Shown here: piece after piece, positions 35,939-46,098 of the stretch
Position numbering within the stretch: the first letter of the stretch is position 1
Layout of the letters: every line of letters begins with the position of its first letter
Source: a virus
Lineage: Duplodnaviria; Caudoviricetes
Strand: one strand, 5' to 3'
Virus record (IMG/VR): IMGVR_UViG_3300032219_001145
Span: 1 to 61,032 of that record
DNA: 61,032 nt
Notes under the pieces: generated by a model
Databases searched by the model: none
What the model was told of the DNA's origin: nothing
Seen by the model: the letters and a program-made list of their open reading frames with translations, nothing else
Translations under genes and position numbers: made by a program

Positions 35939-38900
35939 TTACTTTTGAGGCTGTAATTGCCCACCCACCATCGGACTGACGCTGTCAAACGGGAAGAGTG
36001 ACTGGTACTGGGCCCGTGCGTTGGCGTTGGCTTTGGTGGGAGCACCGCTGTCCCCTGTCTGGCCAGGAGGTTTTGGCGCGGTGTCCAGGAGCCCTGGCAC
36101 GCCACGCGTGTTTGGTGCTTTGGGCAGCATGCGCAGCTGACGATATGCTTCGCCCTGTGACGTGAGCGGCGAGGTCTGAACTGGCTTTTCTTCCTGCGGC
36201 GCGTTTATGTAGTTCAAGGCCGGTGTGACGGCACTCTTGCCTACCGAGACGCCAAAGGAGCCCAGCAAGTTGATTACACCGTTGGCAATGTTCCTGTTCT
36301 CTTTCTCAGTGCGGCCCTTGGCCAAGAGCAAGGCCATTGCATCGGGGTCCTTGACAGCGTTTTCTAGGATCACGCGCACGGTGGCATTTGGCAGTGCATC
36401 AAAAATCTGGCGCACGGCTTTGGAGCCTGCAGAAGCTGCAATCAAGGCCCCTGGGCCGCCAGGTGAAGCGGCCGTACCGATCCGCGCGCCGATGATGCGC
36501 AGGCCAAGCTCAGTGACGGCGTCAGCCCCTTGAATTACGTCCTCAACTGGGATTTTGTTTTTGAGGGCCGTCTCAATGCGCGCCATCGGGGTAAGGAGCT
36601 TTTTGAAGTTTGACAACTCCTGCAGCGTCATCATGCCGTTGGCACGCATGATGTTGGCAATAGACGGCTGGTTGCGTGAGATTGGGTCAAACAACGCTGC
36701 CGTGTAGGCGTCAATGCTGAACTTCGCGTCGGCACCAGGGCTGTTGCCTCCGGCCTTCATGTAGGCGTAGTCGTACAGTGATGATTTAAATCCTTCCACC
36801 GCATCTGGGCCGCCTTTTTTGGCCAATTCCGCAAGGGCGCGAATGTCTCTCACGGGGAACCGGCCGTTCAGACTGTCCGAAATCACCTTGATGGGGCTCT
36901 CGGCAGTCAGCAACTTGGCAAATGCAAGTTGATTGTTTGCGGTACGGGACAGTGCACTGGTTTCCTTGGTTACCTGCGTCAGCAAGTTTGCCGCGTGGGC
37001 CGCGTCCCGCAGCTCCCCCATGAGGCCCAATCGTTCCAATAGCGCGGAATTTTCTTGCGCAAACTTGGTGAGCTTATCGAACTGCAGTTCCTGTACAAAA
37101 GTCCCAGACTCACTGCCTGGGACAACCCTTAGGGCCTTTGCAGCGGCCAAACGCAGAACCCTGTTGTGTGCATCACGAACGGAAGCGACGTTGCCTGTTG
37201 CGGCAACAGCAAAGGGCTTTAGCTCAAGCGCTCGCGGGCTATCTTTGCCAAACTTGGCAACCGCCTCTCTATATTGCGTGCGCATAAACGCAACAGCGTC
37301 CTCGACTTCCTTCATGCGCATGGCGGTCTGACCTGCGCTGCCGCCAAAGGCATTTTGAACAAGCGTCTCCACCGGGATGCGATCCTTGCCTTTTTCAGTT
37401 ACGGCAGTCAGATTGCCGGCGTAGGTCCGCGTAAAGGTGTCGTTTAGCGCACGAGAAAACTCCCGTGCCTGGTCGTACATCGGGTCCTTGAGCGTGTTAA
37501 GGTCCTGCAGCATGCCGTCGGCCAATTTGCTGTAAAAGTCCGCGTTGGCCCTCTTGCCTTCGCCTGCGGCTTCCCGGGCCATACCGAGCAGCCTGGAGCG
37601 GTAGTTCACCAGGTCTTGAACAGGTTGCTCCCTGATCGACGGCATGCCTGGCGACATGACCCCCTTCCCTCTATGAACACTGAGGGGAATTTTTCCGGTG
37701 TTTAAATACTCGTCGGTCAGCTTGCCTTCTCGAAATAACTCTACTGAGTCTTTGTCTATGCCAAACGACTTCATAATATCGCGCACTTGCGGCGGAATAT
37801 CGTTAAACAATGCCGGCCCCATCTCGGAGGCTCTTGCAAGAAAAGCGTTAACAGTTTTAGAGGGCGTTATTGCCGGAAAAAGAATCCTGGTGTCTGTAAC
37901 TGTCTTAAAAATTTCCCTTCCGGTACGTTGGTCAATGTCAACTAAAACCTTCTCTTGAAAGGTTTTTTTAAAAGGCTTGGTCAATCCTTCTAACGCAGAG
38001 GTCCAGAGCTTGGACTCAACCTCCCGCGCTTCGGTCAAGGCCCGTTCCACCTGGTCTTTGACGATCATCCCAACTTGCGTGCGCGCCTCAGGGGACTCTG
38101 TGTTGATTTTGGCAATTTTGCGCGCCGCGTTGGCATCAGCCAAAGACAGACGAGTTTCAAGGCCGTTGACAAAACGGTCGTAGCGCAGCTTGCTGGCGGC
38201 AATCAGTCCCTCAGGGCCTGTTTTTCCCAGTGCTTCGATGAGCTCTTGATAGGCCAGCATAGCCGTGCGGCCCTGCTCTGCCGTCTCGCCGCCAAACTGA
38301 GCACGATGGTTGCCCAACGACGCTTCCAAATCCATCAGGGCCTTGCTGCCCGTCTTCTGCCCAGAAGTAGGCGTTGGCACACCCTTTGGCATCTGTTGGC
38401 GCAAGGCCTTGAGCAGTGCTTCAGGGTCCTCGCCACTTTTCTCCAGGGCGTCCAACAGGAGGTTGGCGGCTTTCTTTTCCAAGGACGCGCTGCGTCCCGC
38501 AAAGCCTGCTTTGGCGGCACTTAAGGCTGCTTTGCTGGCGTCAACCCCAAGCGTAAGCAGCTTGCTCACAGGGGCCACACCTGCTGCCAACTCAGCGGTA
38601 AGGCGAACACCCTCTTGGCCCGGGCGATAGGCCTCGGCAGTGCCCCCCGCAACGCCCATTGATGCGGCGGTGACCGCCTCGCTGCCCATGAACACCTTGG
38701 GGCTGCTACGAGCAGCCTTTCCCATGGTAGACAGAAAGGTAGCCACGCGACCCGCAGTAGGGCCCGCTATTGGCAGACCAAAGGTAACGGGTGCTGAGGC
38801 AAGGCTCGAACCAAAAGTGGTTCCGCCTTCAAAGTAAGGCTTTAAACGCGGGTCTTGCTCTTCAGGGATCAGCCCTGAAGCGGCCTGTCCTGCCTCGTAC

Positions 38901-39283
38901 CCGAAGTAGCCGCCCAGCGCCGTAGTGGCAAGTGGAATGGCTGCGGCAAAAGGCCCCATAAAAGGCGTTGCCGGAGCAACCATAGGCATGCCAACCCTAA
39001 AACCTGTCAGTGCACCGGCCAAGATGGGCGGGTCACGAAGCGCGCCCTTGGCAGCGCCCTTGGCAACGGATGTGGCCATATCGCCAGCGCCTGGCTCCGG
39101 AGGCCCACCAGAAGGGAAAAGGTCGTCGACGGTCATCTCTTTCAGCGTCGTTGGGGAGGCGCTGTCACTGCCCCCTTTTGGCGCAGGCGCTTTTGGGTAA
39201 AAAGCAGGCTTTTGCTTTTGCGCAGGCGCTTCCGGTTTTTTTCCAGAAGGGAAAAGGTCGTCAATGGTTGGAGCGGTTGCCAT
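35939..39283 (-). CDS. Large internal virion/ejection-type protein (1114 aa)
   Basis: Helical, Ala/Gly rich, with hydrophobic segments; last of four large genes after the tail nozzle. Confidence 0.65.
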   Translation of the reverse strand: MATAPTIDDLFPSGKKPEAPAQKQKPAFYPKAPAPKGGSDSASPTTLKEMTVDDLFPSGGPPEPGAGDMATSVAKGAAKGALRDPPILAGALTGFRVGMPMVAPATPFMGPFAAAIPLATTALGGYFGYEAGQAASGLIPEEQDPRLKPYFEGGTTFGSSLASAPVTFGLPIAGPTAGRVATFLSTMGKAARSSPKVFMGSEAVTAASMGVAGGTAEAYRPGQEGVRLTAELAAGVAPVSKLLTLGVDASKAALSAAKAGFAGRSASLEKKAANLLLDALEKSGEDPEALLKALRQQMPKGVPTPTSGQKTGSKALMDLEASLGNHRAQFGGETAEQGRTAMLAYQELIEALGKTGPEGLIAASKLRYDRFVNGLETRLSLADANAARKIAKINTESPEARTQVGMIVKDQVERALTEAREVESKLWTSALEGLTKPFKKTFQEKVLVDIDQRTGREIFKTVTDTRILFPAITPSKTVNAFLARASEMGPALFNDIPPQVRDIMKSFGIDKDSVELFREGKLTDEYLNTGKIPLSVHRGKGVMSPGMPSIREQPVQDLVNYRSRLLGMAREAAGEGKRANADFYSKLADGMLQDLNTLKDPMYDQAREFSRALNDTFTRTYAGNLTAVTEKGKDRIPVETLVQNAFGGSAGQTAMRMKEVEDAVAFMRTQYREAVAKFGKDSPRALELKPFAVAATGNVASVRDAHNRVLRLAAAKALRVVPGSESGTFVQELQFDKLTKFAQENSALLERLGLMGELRDAAHAANLLTQVTKETSALSRTANNQLAFAKLLTAESPIKVISDSLNGRFPVRDIRALAELAKKGGPDAVEGFKSSLYDYAYMKAGGNSPGADAKFSIDAYTAALFDPISRNQPSIANIMRANGMMTLQELSNFKKLLTPMARIETALKNKIPVEDVIQGADAVTELGLRIIGARIGTAASPGGPGALIAASAGSKAVRQIFDALPNATVRVILENAVKDPDAMALLLAKGRTEKENRNIANGVINLLGSFGVSVGKSAVTPALNYINAPQEEKPVQTSPLTSQGEAYRQLRMLPKAPNTRGVPGLLDTAPKPPGQTGDSGAPTKANANARAQYQSLFPFDSVSPMVGGQLQPQK

Positions 39284-39287
39284 TTAG

Positions 39288-41375
39288 TTACCTCGCGGGG
39301 CCGTCATATTTTATTTGTAGCTGCTTGAAACCGGTCTTAGGGTTGAGCACAATGTACTCGCCTGGAGGCAAGGTCTTCCACACCGCAGGATCAGTAACCG
39401 TGCGCTGTTGGATACCCAACAGGTCACGCACCGCAGCCAACTCTTCGAGCTTTTTGGTTGCATCATTCCGAGCGGAAATACCCGTCCTTGCCTCGGCTTG
39501 AACGCTACGGACTTTTTTCTCAATACCCTCAAGTACGTTGTCCAAACTAATAATCTGATTGATGTAGGCGTTCTTGTTGGAAAACAGTCTGGGAGTCAGT
39601 TTCAACTCTCCCAAAATCTGCTGACGCTCCCCCTCTGCGAAACGAGGATTTTCCTGCAGTGTATTGACGACGCGATTGGTCATGCTCTCTATCATTGTTG
39701 TACTTTGTTGGAACTCTGGACCAATGTTTCCAGCCGCGCTCAACGGCACGTTGCGCGCTACGCCAGCCACCAGTACAGGCACAAAGCCCGTGCCTGTTGC
39801 AGCCAAGTCAAAGAAGGTCGACTTAGGTGCAGTGGTCGCAATCTGGAAGATTTCCGGTTTTGTGCCAGCCGCCGTTAAGCCCACAGGATTTGCCTTTAAG
39901 ACAGGCGGAGCCACGCCTCCCACAGTGGTCGTGGTGCTTGGTTTAGGAGCCTTGCCGCCCAGGGCCTCCCTAACAAAGTCAGGCAGCTCGTTGCGTTGAG
40001 TGCGAATTGACTTGAGACCTGTCTCTGGATCGGTAGATTCAATCACGGTGGGCTGCGTGTAGTCCGTGACCGCAGTCATAAACGCGTTGCGTTGCTCGGG
40101 TTCCAGTGACCCCGCTGCGTACAGCGGAGCAAATTGAATGAGGGTGTTCAAGATGTCGCCTTTATTGCCCGAGCCAAGAGGGCCCTTTTTAGCGGCTTCA
40201 GCAGCTTTTTCGGCGGCGGCAGCGGCTGCTCTAGCCTTGGCAGCGTCTACTACCCCTCTCGCTCTAATGTCAGCAGCGCTAATCCTTCCTTGGGCAGTAT
40301 TTATCTGATTCATCAGGTCGTTTTTACGTTTCTGCAAATCACTGTTCTGAGCGTTAACCTGGTCGATATCTTTCTCACCTTGTTGCAGTGCCAACGCCTT
40401 AAGCTGGCGGTCAATTTTGCCAATTTCGTCAATGCGCTTGCCCATGGCAGCGGGCAGTGTTCGGGTCGCCCCTGCAAGGCGCGACATAAAGCTGCCGCTT
40501 AAAGGACGGCCCGCATCATCGGTGTTTGCAGCAAAGCCAAAGGCCCGTTGTCCAAGATCAAAGAGCAACTGCGCTTCTGACGCTGCTTTGTCTGGGCCAA
40601 GCAGTTTGTTGTACTCAGGTAGGCGCGCTAACATGGCAGCCGACAAAGTAGGCGCTACAGTCGGTTGCTTGTTGAAAAGCTCCATTCCCGACCTCTTGGC
40701 TGCTGCCACAAGGTCAGGCGGGTACTGTACTAAATCAGCTTCAGCAGGAACGGCCTCGCCAGCAGGGACCACGCCGTCCTCATCAGACCCTGCTTGAAAA
40801 TTTTGGACGTACCCACCACGCGCCATGGCCATGGGAGGCATGTCACCTGGAGGCATTGCGGGCGGAGCGCCCGGTGGGCCAGGGGGAGGCATACCAGGAG
40901 CGCCGCCGCCCATGCTTGCCATCAAAGCGGCAATACCGCCTTGGTCAGGGGGTGGAGCCATGCCAGCATCAGGAGGCATTGGGGGCATGCCGGGAGGAGG
41001 CATACCAGGAGCGCCACCCATCATCGGGGGCTGTGGCCCTTGGGCCATGGGCTGTGATTGGGGAAGCGCGCCAATACCGCCACCGCCTTGCTGCGCCAGG
41101 ATAGGCTGCAGCATTGCCAGTACTTGCTCAGGTGTCTCGGTAGCCGCCTGGTAACCCACAAGGTCGGCCAACTCATCACGGCGCGCGTCAATAGAGCGCA
41201 TGTCACCCCGCAGGTTGTTCATCAAGATTTCAGGAGAGCCGGGACGACGCTCCATCATCATTTCAGGGTCTTCACCGCCCTCGTCGTCGCCTTCATCGTC
41301 CATGAGGTCCATGAGCCCTTGCATGATTCCCATGTTTTCGATGTCATCGTCTTCGCTCATCATTTTTTTGTTCAT
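39288..41375 (-). CDS. Internal virion/ejection-type protein (695 aa)
   Basis: Pro/Met-rich N-terminus, MARGG motif, coiled-coil. Confidence 0.6.
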   Translation of the reverse strand: MNKKMMSEDDDIENMGIMQGLMDLMDDEGDDEGGEDPEMMMERRPGSPEILMNNLRGDMRSIDARRDELADLVGYQAATETPEQVLAMLQPILAQQGGGGIGALPQSQPMAQGPQPPMMGGAPGMPPPGMPPMPPDAGMAPPPDQGGIAALMASMGGGAPGMPPPGPPGAPPAMPPGDMPPMAMARGGYVQNFQAGSDEDGVVPAGEAVPAEADLVQYPPDLVAAAKRSGMELFNKQPTVAPTLSAAMLARLPEYNKLLGPDKAASEAQLLFDLGQRAFGFAANTDDAGRPLSGSFMSRLAGATRTLPAAMGKRIDEIGKIDRQLKALALQQGEKDIDQVNAQNSDLQKRKNDLMNQINTAQGRISAADIRARGVVDAAKARAAAAAAEKAAEAAKKGPLGSGNKGDILNTLIQFAPLYAAGSLEPEQRNAFMTAVTDYTQPTVIESTDPETGLKSIRTQRNELPDFVREALGGKAPKPSTTTTVGGVAPPVLKANPVGLTAAGTKPEIFQIATTAPKSTFFDLAATGTGFVPVLVAGVARNVPLSAAGNIGPEFQQSTTMIESMTNRVVNTLQENPRFAEGERQQILGELKLTPRLFSNKNAYINQIISLDNVLEGIEKKVRSVQAEARTGISARNDATKKLEELAAVRDLLGIQQRTVTDPAVWKTLPPGEYIVLNPKTGFKQLQIKYDGPAR

Positions 41376-41384
41376 ATTGACCTC

Positions 41385-43340
41385 TTAGAAAAGACCGGCT
41401 TTTTTCGCGCCAGCGAGAGTTGAGAGTCCTCCCAAACCAATGCCGACCGCCTGCTGGAACGGACTTGCCGTCGGCTGGCTCGCCACTGCCGTAGACATCT
41501 GTGAGGACGGTGCACCCTTGTAAATGTCGGACAAGAAACCGGCCTGTTGATACGGTGCGTAGACCTTCTGCAATTCGGAAGCTCGCTGTGCATCCAGCGT
41601 CTGCTGGTTGAACGCTTGTTGCGACTGACCGACGTTGTACAAGAAGTTCATGTCACCCTGCTGCAGAGCCTGAGCCGTTTGGCCCAACGCGCCTTGCTGC
41701 ACGCCAAGCTGGCCAAGCTGACCGCCCAACGCACCAAGTCCTTGAGCCGTTTGTTGGCCAATACCAAACTGCTGCCCCGCCAACTGGCCAATGCCCTGGC
41801 CAAGTCCCTGGAACTGCTGCGCCTGCTGGCCGTAAATGCCTGCAGCCGTTTGAGCGGATTGATTGCGAGCCTGTGCCTGCTGCATCATCAGGTTGGCAAT
41901 GTTTTGGTTAATTGCCGCCTCTTGACCAGCCAAAGCGCCACCTTGAGACGCCAGGTTGCCGTACTGCTGCGCGGCCTGTTGGTAAATGTTCGCCGCACCC
42001 TGGCCAAGCTGTGCCTGTTGCACGCCCAATTGACCAAGACCCTGGCCGGCACCCACTTGCTGCTGTGCCAAGTTGCCATAAAGACCCGCTGCTGCCTGAC
42101 CCAACTGCGCTTGCTGCGCGGCCTGCTGGCCTACTTGAGTGCCCGCTTGCACGCCCAGGCCTGCCTGTTGTGCGGCCAACTGAGCAGCCTGCTGCTGTAA
42201 CCCGGCCTGCTGTGCAGAAACCTGCGCTTGCTGCGCGCCCAACTGGCCAATGCCTTGGCCCGCCTGCATCTGACGGCCCTGCTGCTGTTCAAAAGATGCC
42301 ATGGCCTGCGCTTGCGCCTGGCTGTAGCCTTGCGACAAAAGATTGGCAATTGTGGAGGACTTTTGATCCATCAAGTTGCGCTGCATTTCAGCGCGCTGAA
42401 CACCTTCACGCTCACCACCAAACGCACCGGACCTTACCGCCTGCGCTGCCAGGCCTTGGCCAGCAATCGCGGACTGACGGTCCATCTGCCGCATCGTTTC
42501 GTCGATGACTTGCTGGCGATAGGGGTCCATGAAGGACTGAGCAGAGGCCGGGTTGTAGCCTTGTGCAGCGCCTGCAATCGTTCCAATGCCTGCTTGAAGC
42601 GCGCCCTGGGCCATGCCAAACCCAGGCTGACGAGCAGCTTGCGCGGCCATGCCCACAGCTTGCTGACCTTGGCCAAGGCCTTGACTGATTAAATTCTGAG
42701 CGCCGCTGTAATCCGCGCCGCCAGAGCCAAGTGCCAACATCTGGGCTTGCGTCAATCCCCCAATGCCTTGGCCAATCGCGGCCGTTGCAGGACGCAGGTC
42801 CGCCTGGCTGGACATGGCCGCCATGTTCTGGGCCGTGGCCAGTGAGCCGAGGCCCGTGTTCAGGTCTTGACGCGCCGCGCCAAACTGCCCAGTGGTGTCG
42901 GATGCTGCTGCGCGCTGCGCGGCCTGGTCAAGGTAGCCCAGGCCTTGGTTGATTTGACCGATGCCAGAGGTGATATTGGCCGTGGCCCCACCTGCTTGGC
43001 CCAGGGCCTTTTGCGCATCAGTGAACTGGTTGCGGGTGTCAGCACCGCGCAGAATGTCAGCGGCTTCGCTGGTGGTGTTGTACGCGCCGCCCAGTGCCTG
43101 GTTGGCAGCGGTCATGTAGGGCGTGAAAGCCCCAACGCCCTGTGCTTCAGCGGCTCTAATCGCGGCCTGCTGGGCAGGGGAGAACCCTGCCACTTGGTAG
43201 CCAGGAAGCTGCTCGGCAAGCGTTTGACCTCCACCCTGGTTAAAGGCCAGTCTCTGGGCTTCTTGCAGTAGCTTGAGTTTGTACGCTTCGATCTCCGGGG
43301 CTTCCCGGACTATCTGTTGGGTGACTGTTTCTTCTGCCAT
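41385..43340 (-). CDS. Gln/Ala/Gly-rich DNA ejection (pilot-like) protein
   Basis: VAGFSPAQ, FMDPYRQQV, GAFGGER, GQ/AQ heptads, hydrophobic Gly-rich C-terminus. Confidence 0.7.
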   Translation of the reverse strand: MAEETVTQQIVREAPEIEAYKLKLLQEAQRLAFNQGGGQTLAEQLPGYQVAGFSPAQQAAIRAAEAQGVGAFTPYMTAANQALGGAYNTTSEAADILRGADTRNQFTDAQKALGQAGGATANITSGIGQINQGLGYLDQAAQRAAASDTTGQFGAARQDLNTGLGSLATAQNMAAMSSQADLRPATAAIGQGIGGLTQAQMLALGSGGADYSGAQNLISQGLGQGQQAVGMAAQAARQPGFGMAQGALQAGIGTIAGAAQGYNPASAQSFMDPYRQQVIDETMRQMDRQSAIAGQGLAAQAVRSGAFGGEREGVQRAEMQRNLMDQKSSTIANLLSQGYSQAQAQAMASFEQQQGRQMQAGQGIGQLGAQQAQVSAQQAGLQQQAAQLAAQQAGLGVQAGTQVGQQAAQQAQLGQAAAGLYGNLAQQQVGAGQGLGQLGVQQAQLGQGAANIYQQAAQQYGNLASQGGALAGQEAAINQNIANLMMQQAQARNQSAQTAAGIYGQQAQQFQGLGQGIGQLAGQQFGIGQQTAQGLGALGGQLGQLGVQQGALGQTAQALQQGDMNFLYNVGQSQQAFNQQTLDAQRASELQKVYAPYQQAGFLSDIYKGAPSSQMSTAVASQPTASPFQQAVGIGLGGLSTLAGAKKAGLF

Positions 43341-45659
43341 TTATTTCCCCTTAACGGCTCCGCCTTCGAGCTTCTTCATTAACTTGTACATGCGAGCTGC
43401 GCCCTTGCGACGGCTGCCGCCTCCGGCGTTGCGCACAGCCTTGGCCGTAAACACGAACTCGCCGTCTGACAGCATCGCGGGGATGTCATCCGAAGTGCCA
43501 GTGCCAGGGCCGTTGATTGGGCCTTGACGGCGGGGGAAGTCGGTCATCTTGGCGTCACCGCCCTTGGCCATGCGACGGGGTTGACCATCAGGACCATAGA
43601 TAAGCGGCACGCCATACAGGCCCGCTACGTTGTAAGGTTGCGCCACGCCGCCAGGACGGTTTGTTATGCCGGTCGGTATGACGTTGCCCGGTTGGCCAAT
43701 GGGAATTGAGCCGTATGACGGGGTGGGGACAATTGGACTGGCTGGTGCCGAAGGCCGGGTGTAGCTGCCAAGGCCCCCGCTGAACAACTGGGGGTTATCC
43801 CTTATGTAGTCATTGCCCGTGTAATTGCGGTTGAACGCAGGGTTTTGGTTGACAGGTTCGCTATCCATGGCACCCGCGAGGTACGCAACCCCAGTTCCTA
43901 CCGCTGCCAGTGGGCCGTATTTGGTGAAGATACCTGCGTCCGCTGCCAGACCAGGACGGCTGGGCGAAAGGTACTCGTTGTACAGGTTCTTGGTGCCGGA
44001 AATCGCTCTGTCAAGGTATGACGGAGGTTGATAGCCCGGAGGTGGGGTATTTGGGATCGGAGTTTTACTGCCCAGGTCCGTCTGGGAATAGTCAGGCGGG
44101 AAGACTCCCTGGCCCGGAGGTGGAGTATTCGGGAATGGAAGTTGTGTGCCCGGAGGTGGAGTATTCGGGAACGGGAATTGTGTGCCCGGAGGTGGAGTAT
44201 TTGGTATCGGAGTTAGCTCGCCCAAATACGGAGCCCTTGGATTTGCCATACCAGGTACGCTGTTAGCAGCGTACCCCCCACGGGCGTCAGGAGGTAAGTT
44301 AGAGCCCCCACTGGCCACGTTATACCCGGCCTCTGGAGCTGCGTTAGGAGCCAGCTCCAGAGCACCAGCGTAATTAGCGGGCTGCACTATGTCCGGCCCT
44401 GCGCCAGGGGGCAGCTCCAAAGCAGTACGGTTTACCAGGTCCGTTGCATCGGCGTATGGGTCACCCGCCCCAGCAGCCCGTAGCATGTTCTGTGCAGTGG
44501 CGTCTGCTGGGACAGGCCGGCCACCTGCTAACTCAATGTCAGAGGGCCCGTCCAACTTCACAGCGCCCTCAGCGGTATTCTGAAGTCCTCGCATCGCCCC
44601 TGCTGATACGCCCGAGATCAGGCCCATTCTCAAAGCGTCTTGCTCGCTCATGCCCCCTAGCCTGCCGATACCCGCGCCAATTAAACCGGTTGTCAAGCCT
44701 GTGTTCAATGCACCTCCGGCTACGCCGGGCAAATAACCGCTAAGGCCTTTCAACGGGCTCCCAAGGCCCCCAAAGTCACCGCCACCGCCAATGTAGCCCA
44801 TTGCACCTGAGATCAGAGCGTCTTTGACATCGCCCCCGCCCAAGAGGGAAGACCCTGCGCTGGCAAGACCATATATCGCTGGAGCGCTTAATGACATGCC
44901 GAAGCCTGCTGCCGCCGGTCCGAGGACCGATGCCAAAGCAATAGTAGTCATAATGCGCCCGACAGGACTCTTAAGCACGTCTTTGGTGACGGTTACAACG
45001 CTTTTGACGGCGTCTTTGACACCGCCCACGACGTCCTCAAGAATGTTGCCGCCCTTGAATTCGGGTAAACCCGTAGCAGGGTTGATCGTGCCGGAACCGC
45101 CACGGCGCTTGAGCATCGCGGCTTCTTGGGGGGTAATGTGGGCAAGGATGCTGTCCCCGCCGCGCCCTTTACTGGCGAGGTACTGGCCGACATCGGCCAA
45201 GCCGCCGGAGGCCATGCCTATAGGTTGCAGGCCCTCAACCACGGGGCTCATGTCCATGGGCTCTTGCGCGCCAGCGCCCTGCATCTGCCGCATTTCCTGC
45301 AGCACCGCGAGCATCGCGCCAATAAACTCGGGGTCGTACTCTGCCGGCATGTCCCCCTCATCAAGGGCATCGGCTTCAATCATCTTCTGGAGCAAGTTTT
45401 TGTAGTCGCCAGGGTTCTGGCTGACATATGTAAAAACCTGGATGAGCACGTCAAGCTGCGCAGGCGTGAGCTGAAGGTCACCAATGTTCTGGCGAATGGC
45501 CTCTTTTAAGGCAGCATCCTCTCCGGGGCGGGCCATGCCGAGCGCTGTCATCGCGGCATCGTAAGAGTCCGCACTGGTGACGGTTGGTTGTTGCTGTTGG
45601 GCTTGTTCGCCCTCCATGCCCATGCCTTGAGGCAAGGCCATGATTCCTTCAGTTGCCAT
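43341..45659 (-). CDS. Internal virion/ejection-type protein with GSGTINP module and C-terminal GPGTGTSD domain
   Basis: GRGGDSILAH..GSGTINPATGLPEF, Gly-rich hydrophobic segments, GPGTGTSDDIPAMLSDGEFV. Confidence 0.7.
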   Translation of the reverse strand: MATEGIMALPQGMGMEGEQAQQQQPTVTSADSYDAAMTALGMARPGEDAALKEAIRQNIGDLQLTPAQLDVLIQVFTYVSQNPGDYKNLLQKMIEADALDEGDMPAEYDPEFIGAMLAVLQEMRQMQGAGAQEPMDMSPVVEGLQPIGMASGGLADVGQYLASKGRGGDSILAHITPQEAAMLKRRGGSGTINPATGLPEFKGGNILEDVVGGVKDAVKSVVTVTKDVLKSPVGRIMTTIALASVLGPAAAGFGMSLSAPAIYGLASAGSSLLGGGDVKDALISGAMGYIGGGGDFGGLGSPLKGLSGYLPGVAGGALNTGLTTGLIGAGIGRLGGMSEQDALRMGLISGVSAGAMRGLQNTAEGAVKLDGPSDIELAGGRPVPADATAQNMLRAAGAGDPYADATDLVNRTALELPPGAGPDIVQPANYAGALELAPNAAPEAGYNVASGGSNLPPDARGGYAANSVPGMANPRAPYLGELTPIPNTPPPGTQFPFPNTPPPGTQLPFPNTPPPGQGVFPPDYSQTDLGSKTPIPNTPPPGYQPPSYLDRAISGTKNLYNEYLSPSRPGLAADAGIFTKYGPLAAVGTGVAYLAGAMDSEPVNQNPAFNRNYTGNDYIRDNPQLFSGGLGSYTRPSAPASPIVPTPSYGSIPIGQPGNVIPTGITNRPGGVAQPYNVAGLYGVPLIYGPDGQPRRMAKGGDAKMTDFPRRQGPINGPGTGTSDDIPAMLSDGEFVFTAKAVRNAGGGSRRKGAARMYKLMKKLEGGAVKGK
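44035..44212 (-). repeat. 36-bp coding tandem repeat (PNTPPPG)
   Basis: CCCGGAGGTGGAGTATT at 44113, 44149 and 44185, plus a variant at 44035. Confidence 0.85.
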
Positions 45660-45763
45660 GATAGTCCTTTCCAATTTTTGCCAAAGACCTCATGGGCCGC
45701 GCGCCGGGAAAGGACGCGTTGATGGCAAGATTATCCATTAAATTCTCAACTTCTGTCCACCCA

Positions 45764-46096
45764 TTACGATCTGTCCACCTCTAAATAGGACAGGTAAAAG
45801 TCAACTGTTGCTACTGAACTGGTGACTTTAATCACGTCGGTCGCCTCCAATACACAAGGCACACCGCTCAAAATGTCCATGGTCTGGTTCGTGGGCAGCG
45901 AATAGACCTTCAACAAGCAGTACGCGGTGGCTGCGCCAAGCGGGTAGACGTTGACCGTCAAAGCTGTGGTGGAGGCGTTCCTGTTGGTCACCCGCAAGGA
46001 GGACAGCACCGCCGTATTGGCGGCCGGCACGGTGTAGATCGTGGTTTCAGTCGCAGCGGCCGGGGTCAGGAATTTCCGAAGGTACTTGTTTGCCAT
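45764..46096 (-). CDS. Small tail structural protein
   Basis: TTIYTVPAANTAVLSSLRVTN; beta-rich. Confidence 0.6.
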   Translation of the reverse strand: MANKYLRKFLTPAAATETTIYTVPAANTAVLSSLRVTNRNASTTALTVNVYPLGAATAYCLLKVYSLPTNQTMDILSGVPCVLEATDVIKVTSSVATVDFYLSYLEVDRS

Positions 46097-46098
46097 GG

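Noticed and set aside
43341-43570. Tape-measure protein call from the GPGTGTSD motif
   Set aside because: No tail tube, tail chaperone or baseplate genes; the context is podovirus-like
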